A DNA stretch of 55,022 nt from a virus (Duplodnaviria > Caudoviricetes), in the IMG/VR virus record IMGVR_UViG_3300026382_000019, positions 1 through 55,022 of that record. One strand, given 5' to 3'. This document shows, one piece after another, positions 47,136-55,022 of the stretch. The notes under the pieces were generated by a model that made no database searches, was not told the origin of the DNA, and saw only the letters and a program-made list of their open reading frames with translations. A program made the position numbers and the translations under genes. How positions within the stretch are numbered: the stretch's first letter is position 1; each line of letters begins with the position of its first letter.

Positions 47136-48494
47136 TTAATATACCTTAATGAAAGGACCAAATTTCTCTCCTTTTTTCTGTGCCAAAAAGCCCCATTCCG
47201 TTACTAATTTGTCCAACTCCTTTGATGTAATACTAGACATATAAAATGCTAAATGTAATCCTTGAAGTTTTGTATTTAATTCTATGAGTGAGTATGTTTC
47301 TCCTGCACCATAGGCCATTTCAATTGACTGTAATGCCTCCTGCACTGATGGTACACCAAGATTAAATAATTTTTTTGATTTTATTTTGGTAAGCATTTTT
47401 TTATAATCACCTTTAACCTTCAAAAATTCTTCTAAGGTTTTTGGCATTTTCTTACCTTGAGGAAAATCATAAGACAGCATTTTTAATGTTGCATTTCTCA
47501 TAGCGGCAGGCACTTTGCCCATTTCAGCACTAGCGCCTTTGCTTTTGTATGACACTTGAACATTGCTTGTTTCTTTTTTTGGGTACATCCTAACCTGAAC
47601 ATTTATTTTGGATGATCCTATATATTGAAGGTCATAATTTAATTCATCGTTTACAAATTTCCCGTTCTTGAGTGATAGCAAAAGATTTCCTGTCAAAAAA
47701 GGATAATCCTCATGAACACCTTTTTTGACATTGATTATATCATATGTTGCTTTTGCTTTAGTTTTTTTGAGCGATATTCCTATAAGCCTTCTGTCATTAA
47801 AAAGTTCTACCATTTTTGCATTAAGATGTTCTATTGTTTTGAAGTTTGCTTCTTTAATTTCCTTTTGAACCTTTTCGTCCTCAATCAACCATATATCAGC
47901 AGGGTTCCATGAATCCTTTTGAGAAAATCCTAGTCGTTTAACCTCTTTGGTTATAAAGTCCATAAAACCACCGTCTCGGTTGAATATTTTGATTTTCCTA
48001 ATGCCTAATGTTTGTACTATTTTTTTGAATGTTATATATTGTGCTTCAAATGATATAATCCAAGATTTTTCATTTGGAAGGTCAGTGTAAATTTCTGAAA
48101 GTTCTTCGATTGTATATTTTTTGCTTGGCGTCTTAATGATTTTTTCTATAATCTTGAGCGAACACAATTCCTGATATTGAGTGGTTTTGGCATCACCTTT
48201 TCTGGCATTGACCTTAACATTTTCCTTGCTTATGTCTGATAATGTTATATATTTTTTTGTTTGTACATTTAGAAACATTTTTCTTAGCCTAGTGCCGTCC
48301 TTGATAATACTTTCAAAATCTTTTTTCGTTTTTGCAATCAATAATTTGTCAATGTATTCTTTATCAATTTCAATTTTTGTAAACTTCTTTTTATTCTCGG
48401 GAAATAACAAAAATGGCATGCCATTTTCAATTTTATTCAATAAAACCTCAAGATATGAATGTTTTACTAGGTCTGCAATTTGTAATTTTGCCAT
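47136..48494 (-). CDS. Putative PD-(D/E)xK-like endonuclease
   Basis: QE helix, WNPADIWL and IGISLKK, read as a variant restriction-endonuclease catalytic motif. Confidence 0.5.
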   Translation of the reverse strand: MAKLQIADLVKHSYLEVLLNKIENGMPFLLFPENKKKFTKIEIDKEYIDKLLIAKTKKDFESIIKDGTRLRKMFLNVQTKKYITLSDISKENVKVNARKGDAKTTQYQELCSLKIIEKIIKTPSKKYTIEELSEIYTDLPNEKSWIISFEAQYITFKKIVQTLGIRKIKIFNRDGGFMDFITKEVKRLGFSQKDSWNPADIWLIEDEKVQKEIKEANFKTIEHLNAKMVELFNDRRLIGISLKKTKAKATYDIINVKKGVHEDYPFLTGNLLLSLKNGKFVNDELNYDLQYIGSSKINVQVRMYPKKETSNVQVSYKSKGASAEMGKVPAAMRNATLKMLSYDFPQGKKMPKTLEEFLKVKGDYKKMLTKIKSKKLFNLGVPSVQEALQSIEMAYGAGETYSLIELNTKLQGLHLAFYMSSITSKELDKLVTEWGFLAQKKGEKFGPFIKVY

Positions 48495-48532
48495 AGAAGC
48501 CTCCCATTTTATGATTATTTATATCTTAATGC

Positions 48533-50140
48533 TTAATCAATTAGTTCAAGTCCTAATTTTTCTAAATCCCTTATCCTTACATTATACATATATAGTAAAT
48601 GCTCTTTTATTTCTTCTATATCAATATTTAATTTTTTGCAAATAATTTCCTGATTTTTGATATAATTTTTATTTTTCATTAAATCTTCTATATTAAAGAA
48701 TGTTAAATTTTTATATTTTTCGTAATTTTCATGGATTTGCTTTTTCTCAGAATCACTCAAAATGTTAAAATCAAAAACAGGGAGGTTTAACAATTGCTTT
48801 CCTCCAACCTCTTTAATCACTCCTCGTTTATTTTTTCTACCTGACCTTTTGGTGCCATTTTTGATAAAAGCCTCAATAACCAAAAGGGAAGGTAATGACA
48901 TCATCAATATAGGAATAACTTCAGTATCAATACTTTTCGGGTTTAGTCTGACATACTTTGAAGATAATACACATTCTTCTTTATATGTAAATAATCTAGG
49001 ATATAAATCAATAGCCATTGTATAAAAAACAGAATTTTTATGAATATTGTACCTTGTTAGGTTCACATCAGAATATTTTACATAATATTCTAGGTCTTCC
49101 TCTTTAAGATTTTCTCTATATATGGCAGGAGAATTTACTCTAGCCTGCTTTTGGTAAAAAAGTTTTATATTTCCTTTTTCTTTTTTATTATGTATTTTAT
49201 TATCTTTTAGTAACGAAGCAAAATTTAATCCTGCAGTTTCTAATGATATATACTCGCTCAATGGCTCAAAGTCCTTTGTTATTTTTTGAGTGTATTCATA
49301 TGACTCATTGTACATTATAAGTCTATTTTTCATATTATGAGTATTACTAATAGGGTCATCAATAGGAACATTAATAATTTTATCATTGAGGCTAAACTCT
49401 GTATCAGTTACTGAATTCAATATAATATCATTATTATTTTTATCATTACTCTTATCATTCGTGATATATACACCTATGGCATTGGTGTCATCCCTGAAAA
49501 AAGGATAAAAATTACTTGTAATTAGTCTATCTAATCTAAAATGATTTGATGTTTTTGGTCCTAATATCTTCCTTAGGACATCGCCATATCGTGTTTCCAA
49601 CCATTTATCGGCACACAAAAACACCAATTCTCCATCCTCATCGAGATGCGATAAGCATTTTAGATAAAAATAAATGTAAATGTCAGACCTTAAATCTACG
49701 TCCTCTCGTTTGATACCTAGAACATCAAAATCAATATTATCCTTGATAGCCTCTATATACTCAGATTTTGACATACTGTCATGTTTTATATTTCTGTAGC
49801 TGATGTAAGGAGGATTGGTAATGATGAGAGAATATTTTTTGTCATTTTTTGATAACAAAAAATCTTCATGATACAGGTTCGTATTTTTCTGAACATCAAT
49901 CACATCCAATGCTGTCTTTTCGATGTCATAACAGTCATATTCGAGATATTCATCTATATTGTCTAGGCAAGCATAATAAAAACTCCCTGTGCCCACTGAA
50001 GGGTCAAGGATTCTTTTTTGCTTTTTGTTTTCTATCTTTGAACAAATCTTGTCTGATACAAAAGGATGAGTATATGTATTTCCTAGGTTTCTATCTTTAT
50101 CAATGTTAAAATTTTTATTTACATCCCATATTGCTTTCAA
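48533..50140 (-). CDS. N6-adenine DNA methyltransferase (gamma class)
   Basis: Motif I LDPSVGTG, EDFL, motif IV NPPY, DIYIYF. Confidence 0.88.
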   Translation of the reverse strand: MKAIWDVNKNFNIDKDRNLGNTYTHPFVSDKICSKIENKKQKRILDPSVGTGSFYYACLDNIDEYLEYDCYDIEKTALDVIDVQKNTNLYHEDFLLSKNDKKYSLIITNPPYISYRNIKHDSMSKSEYIEAIKDNIDFDVLGIKREDVDLRSDIYIYFYLKCLSHLDEDGELVFLCADKWLETRYGDVLRKILGPKTSNHFRLDRLITSNFYPFFRDDTNAIGVYITNDKSNDKNNNDIILNSVTDTEFSLNDKIINVPIDDPISNTHNMKNRLIMYNESYEYTQKITKDFEPLSEYISLETAGLNFASLLKDNKIHNKKEKGNIKLFYQKQARVNSPAIYRENLKEEDLEYYVKYSDVNLTRYNIHKNSVFYTMAIDLYPRLFTYKEECVLSSKYVRLNPKSIDTEVIPILMMSLPSLLVIEAFIKNGTKRSGRKNKRGVIKEVGGKQLLNLPVFDFNILSDSEKKQIHENYEKYKNLTFFNIEDLMKNKNYIKNQEIICKKLNIDIEEIKEHLLYMYNVRIRDLEKLGLELID

Positions 50141-50176
50141 ATTATTCCTTTTCTAATATTTATAACCCAATTCATC

Positions 50177-51257
50177 CTACCATTCATCCTCATCAATTAA
50201 TTCTGTGGAAGGAGTAAGGTCCCATCCTATTGGATCAGTGATGAGTTTTATGTTTCCTTCAAAACCTTTTTCGTACATTAAGTCTATATCTATAAATTTA
50301 TCTAATCCATACTCAAAGATTTTTTCGTTATTAAATGCAAAAGCATTGCTTCCTGTAATATTTGGTTCTTTCATATATAGAAAACCTATTTTATCTCCTG
50401 GTTCTATTTCTTTTATCCCTTGTATATTTTTATCCTGAATATATTTATTATGAATAAGGGATGCTCTTGAATTTACAGGAGCACTAAGCCATTTATTTTT
50501 CTCTGGTACCCATCTTTTGAATTTTTTATCCTGTTCCTGCCACTGATAATCAAGGCTGGATACACCCTGATTTATACATATTTGAGATGGCAACTGTTCA
50601 TATGTTTTTTCTTTTACCTCTTTCATAAAATTTATAACTTTAGGTAAATCACCATCAATCAAAATGTCCATAGCAGCACCAAGCTCTTTTCTGAAAAATT
50701 TTGGCGTTGTCGCTCTTATCATTGATAATCCCGTTACTTTAAGTTTAGGTTTTGCTAATTTTATATCATCTTCTTGTAATTTTCTACAGAAATACATTTT
50801 TGGTGCAACTGAGATAAAGCAGTCTGCCACAATTTCTCCGTCTTCTATTAGTTTTTCTGGTAAAAAAGCATTAATAGTGTCTGACTGATGAGTTAAGCTT
50901 TTATATGTTACAGGCAACGAAACTTTCTCTATAAAATTATTGGTAAATTCCAATAATCTGTCCTTAGATGCATTATTTTCATAGTCTTTCCCAAATTTCT
51001 TGACAATAAGAGGTTCCACAGACATGTACAAACTGTCGGTATCAATTTGTGCTACATGCCTCCAATTAGTATTCATTCCGTGAAATGTTTCTGTGTCTTC
51101 TTCACCCAATACTTTATCTAAATGAGTGCTATTTGCTTGAATAGCATTTAGGTTAGCATTTCTTGCCCCTGATGTTACTGCCCCAGAAAAATATTCAGCG
51201 TGACCTGCAAATACTGTTGCTTGCATACTTAAGGCACCATAGGCACTATTAATAAGG
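50177..51257 (-). CDS. gp43: Family-B DNA polymerase, exon 2
   Basis: LINSAYG after the splice site, IDTDS, KMY, LKVTGL, TP. Confidence 0.9.
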
Positions 51258-51618
51258 CGATGTGTTCAATTTAAGTTCGTTACTCTTAAATCTGAGCTTT
51301 TAACTCAACTCTGTATCTCTACAGATGTCCAGACTATATCTTCATCCTTAACTTAATATTAGGATGCCCACCACTTCCACTCACTTGAGTGTACTTCCTT
51401 TCGGAATAGTCGTTGAACCTTCTTCGTATTATATATTATATGTTATATAACTTAGAAGCTTGGCTGCTGATTGTCTTTACCTTATATTTTTCAAACGTTC
51501 ATATAGTGATTTCTCCTATATTGTAGTATATAAGTATTATCCAGATGTCCCAGCAATTCAATGGGTTTCTTCAATGAGAACTATCATATATTACTATATG
51601 ACGAGACCTTGATTTTTA
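51258..51618 (-). ncRNA. Group I self-splicing intron (361 nt, no ORF)
   Basis: Exon 1 ends in U (AAG AU) and the intron ends in G; splicing restores KILINSAYG. Core elements CAACGACTA and AAGATATAGTC; P1 and P10 pairings present. Confidence 0.9.
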
Positions 51619-53540
51619 ATCTTCATTCCCATTTGAAATACATTCCATCTATCAGCCTCTGCTGATAGATTGAAAATTTTATCTTTATCTTCCTGAGATA
51701 ATTCAACTTTTTTCTTAATTTCTTCTATTTGCACATAGCATGTTTGCATCAATTTTTTGTACTTTTTACGCTTAACCATAATGTCTTCCATTGTTTGTGA
51801 AAGGACACTTCTGAAGTCTTTTCTAAAGAACATTCCGTTTGGAGCCATCGAAACATTATATTTTTTACAGACTCTCATAACTTCTGAACTTGCTTCATCA
51901 TTATTGATAACATGTTCTTGAAACCAAAAGTCGTATTTAATTAATTCTTTAGCATCTACATTCCTAGGATAAAAAATTGCATATTTTGCTCTTAATAATA
52001 AAAGTTCATCAGGCAAATCTTTTGGCTGTATTAATGTCTCAATACCGATATTTAACCACTGAATAACAGAAGGGTATAGTGAAGCAAAATCTAATGAATA
52101 TACCCATTTCCAGAATTTTGCTGTCCCTTTAACAATACCGCCAGGGAATGTCTGTGATGTCAATTTATTTTCATGATCATTTGCTGCTATGAGGTTCATA
52201 TAAAATTGAACCCTATCATCATCTATAAGACTTCTAAAATTTTCATCTTTTTCTATTCTAGTTAATAAAACCGTGTCAGTATCGTCAAATTTGCCTTCTA
52301 ATGGTAGAACCTGGGATTTTTTATAATGATTGTTAAACATATAACTGTTCCACTGCGCTAGTGTTCCTCTGATCATATCCATCGTTACGCCAGTTTCGTA
52401 TGAAATCATTTTCGCTAGGTCAATAAGTTTCAGTTTTTTGTCTAATCCAATGAGCAATTCAACATCCTTAACACCGTACTCGATGAATGTCTCAAAATTA
52501 TTAGCGTAAAATTCAGCAAAATCTGCATGTTCATCATGTTCTACTTTATTTTGGCCAAGTTCATACCCCGCCACCGTATCCAGACTGTATGATGTATGAG
52601 TGGTATATGTATATTTTTTGTACATTTGCATGTAATCTTCTTGAATTATACCAACCCATAAAAACTCATCTTGAACACCGTATGTTGTATTAACCTCTTT
52701 ATGCTTGATGAGGTTTGCGTGTGGTGATAATTGTTTAACATATTCACCGTTAAGGCAATCAGTATCAAATCTCCATCTTGCTTTTTCTTTATCATAATAG
52801 TAAAGGTCATTCCTTTTGTCAAGGACTCTTATGATTCTATTAGTGATATAAGGATCATCATATGTTTTTGTATTCCATCCTGTCATTACAGAAGGGTCCC
52901 TCTTTTTAAGAAGTTCTAAGAAAACTTTTAATAATTTTTCTTCAGTTTCACAATTTATATATTTTATAGCACCATATTCAGATTCATATTTATTTTTGTT
53001 CTCCCACTCTTTATTAAGTCCTAAAATAAAAAAAATATTTGCCTTAGTGTCAAAAATTTGTATTGATGTGATTGATGCCATTGCTGCTCTATCATGACCC
53101 ATTGGTTTCCAATCATTTTTACATTCTATGTTTTTGTTAGGAAGCATATTTTCATCTAATGAAGCTGTTTCAATATCAAAATACCATGTATTACTAAATT
53201 CATGAAAGGCATCAATTGGGTTAGGCCAATATTTTCTAATATATGTTTGCTCTTGAGATTTATTTCCATATATGCTAATGTTTGAACTTTTATAGAGATT
53301 TGCAGCATCTCTATGTTCTTTCATGGTTTTGAATGTTAATTCTTTTAAGGATTGATTTTCTGGGACAGATTTTAATTTTGAATTTCCTTTTTTATCATGA
53401 ATAAAAATGCTTGGTATCACTTTTATTGATTCTGTAAAACATTCTTTTGTCTCGGGATCATATAGTCTTGCATATAAGGCTCCCATGTTTCCTTTGAAGA
53501 CATTCTCATATTGTAGATTTCGTGTGTTTGGGTTTGTCAT
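51619..53540 (-). CDS. gp43: Family-B DNA polymerase, exon 1 (spliced product 1000 aa)
   Basis: Exo I FDIET, Exo II GWN...YD, YSLD, Exo III Y...DV, motif A SLDFASLYPS. Confidence 0.93.
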
Positions 53541-53561
53541 TATTTTCCTTTTCGTTTTGTC

Positions 53562-53621
53562 TCCTGTAACTCCACATTTGGCAGGATTTTCTTTTTGGAA
53601 AAAGAGGAAAATTCCTCTTTT
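53562..53621 (-). promoter_or_regulatory. Structured 5' leader of the polymerase gene
   Basis: Inverted repeat at 53600-53621 (10-bp arms) and a TCCTG...CAGGA stem at 53562-53586 just upstream of the RBS. Confidence 0.4.
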
Positions 53622-53646
53622 ATGTCATATTATAACTAATTTTTGC

Positions 53647-54252
53647 TTAAAATTGCAATTGACCAAAGTCAAAGTCATTTTTGTCTGGCTGCACTGGTAC
53701 TCCAGTGTTTAATTCCTCTTGATCCACTGCTTCATATGAATTTTCATCATTGAAAGGTTTGTACTGCATTCTATCAAAATGTGTTTCCATCATCAATGAA
53801 GGCATCTGTCCCGTATAGCGATTTTTTACGAGTTTCCATATTTGTTGATTCTGCTCTCTCATTTGCTCGTTGTTGATAAGCATAATTGCAACATCCGCAG
53901 TCATTGCAATTTTCAGAGATTCTGAAATATTTTCCATTCCAGCATCCGTATTTCCCATGGCTGAATTATGAGTAAGAATATCGTTAGCATAAAATAAGTT
54001 ATCGTGTGACACTTCTATATCATATAATTCTTCTTCACCTATATATTCAATCGAAATAATTTTATCATTAAAATCAATATCAGAATAATCTTCTTTTATA
54101 CCATATACTCCGTCTATTATTTTATTATAGTCCTCCTCATAAGGTAAAATCAAGCCTTTAGTTAATGCAATTTTATTAATCACTTTATATATAAAACTAT
54201 CATCCCAATTCATTTTATATTCTTTGTTTATTTTTTCCAAATACTTTCTCAT
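53647..54252 (-). CDS. gp41: Split-intein C-fragment fused to the gp41/DnaB helicase C-extein
   Basis: LYDIEV..DNLFYANDILTHN|S, then ISES..IAMTAD, KNRY helicase motifs; own ATG with AAGGA RBS. Confidence 0.88.
   Translation of the reverse strand: MRKYLEKINKEYKMNWDDSFIYKVINKIALTKGLILPYEEDYNKIIDGVYGIKEDYSDIDFNDKIISIEYIGEEELYDIEVSHDNLFYANDILTHNSAMGNTDAGMENISESLKIAMTADVAIMLINNEQMREQNQQIWKLVKNRYTGQMPSLMMETHFDRMQYKPFNDENSYEAVDQEELNTGVPVQPDKNDFDFGQLQF
53965..54252 (-). mobile_element. Intein C-terminal fragment (IntC, 96 aa)
   Basis: Blocks F and G ending His-Asn, followed by Ser+1. Confidence 0.85.
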
Positions 54253-54293
54253 TTTATTCCTTTATGATAATTATTATTATATTATTTTTTTAC

Positions 54294-55022
54294 TTAATTT
54301 TTGTAAAAACTCTCTTTAATGTGCTCACATTGACTAATCACAGAATAACTATTGTATCTTTTTGAAGTATTTTCTGATTCTTCAATAAATTGTATATTTG
54401 ATATTGATCCTATAAATTCAGGATCAATATCAAATTCAAAACCTGTTTTAATAGATATTATATGATCTAAATGATAAGGTTTATCTTTTGTTTTTTGGGT
54501 TCCTCTATTTTGATAATTTTTAGCTTCATTAATTGTAATTTTATTTGTATGTGCCCACACTTTCCTGCTGTATTTTTCAAAAAGGCCTATATCTTCTTCT
54601 TTGACCCAAACACCACTATCTTCTAAAGTTTTTCTCATCTTTGTAATATAAGATTCAAACTTTATTTTTCCTTGAACTTCTCCATATCTTTCTATAAATG
54701 ATTCAAGAGAAGTTTCTAAAGATTTTTTTCTATTTTCCCATTTTTCTTTCCAATCATCTTTATACCATTTTTTATAATTCTCTAAAGTATGAGCAGTCTT
54801 TTTATTTCTTTCTTTATATCGTTTTGTTCCTTCTTCCTCTCCATATTTTTCTATAAATGATTTAAGAGAATTTGTATATCCCATCTTTATGCAGTTTTCT
54901 TTATATCGTTTTGTTCCTTCTTCCTCTCCATATTTTTCTATAAATGATTTAAGAGAATTTTTATCCATATTTATTTTTCCTTCAGATATATATGCTTTCA
55001 TCTTATTAGAATGATTTTTATT
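54294..55022 (-). mobile_element. HNH endonuclease ORF between the halves of the fractured helicase (frame open to the window edge)
   Basis: YHLDHIIS...NIQFI...EN..K; KYG repeats; no stop between 55001 and 55022. Confidence 0.78.
54809..54960. repeat. Direct repeat, 65 bp identical, 87-bp period
   Basis: Encodes NSLKSFIEKYGEEEGTKRYKE twice; two more degenerate copies follow. Confidence 0.85.

Noticed and set aside
51594-51618. Polymerase as two separate genes ending KNQGLVI and restarting at 51226
   Set aside because: These codons are intron sequence; splicing restores motif B exactly.

Overview
AT-rich, densely coding segment of a large T4-like (myovirus) phage genome, mostly on the minus strand. 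A Campylobacterota host is inferred from promoter style only. Replication genes: family-B DNA polymerase interrupted by an ORF-less 361-nt group I intron, gp41 helicase C-half carrying a split-intein C-fragment behind an HNH ORF, gp61 primase, RNase H and gp32 SSB. Other content: a MoxR AAA ATPase with an intein, a metallopeptidase-VWA gene fractured by a homing endonuclease, a gp23/gp24-like capsid paralogue inside a duplicated module of acidic PKD/Ig-like proteins, RNA repair enzymes, phosphatases, nucleotide kinases, a HAM1 pyrophosphatase, a ClpX lacking the IGF loop, and a DNA adenine methyltransferase beside a nuclease-like gene. Most unusual: (i) a five-gene plus-strand operon behind a T4 late promoter encoding a membrane protein, a Cys-cluster receiver protein, a membrane sensor histidine kinase, a small exported protein and an outer-membrane beta-barrel; (ii) at least 12 proteins with a T4-type capsid-targeting N-terminus, including a probable ADP-ribosyltransferase and a HIGH nucleotidyltransferase, plus two tandem Pol-beta-fold nucleotidyltransferases that appear to carry the same tag at the C-terminus. 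All functional calls come from motifs read by eye; no database searches were run.
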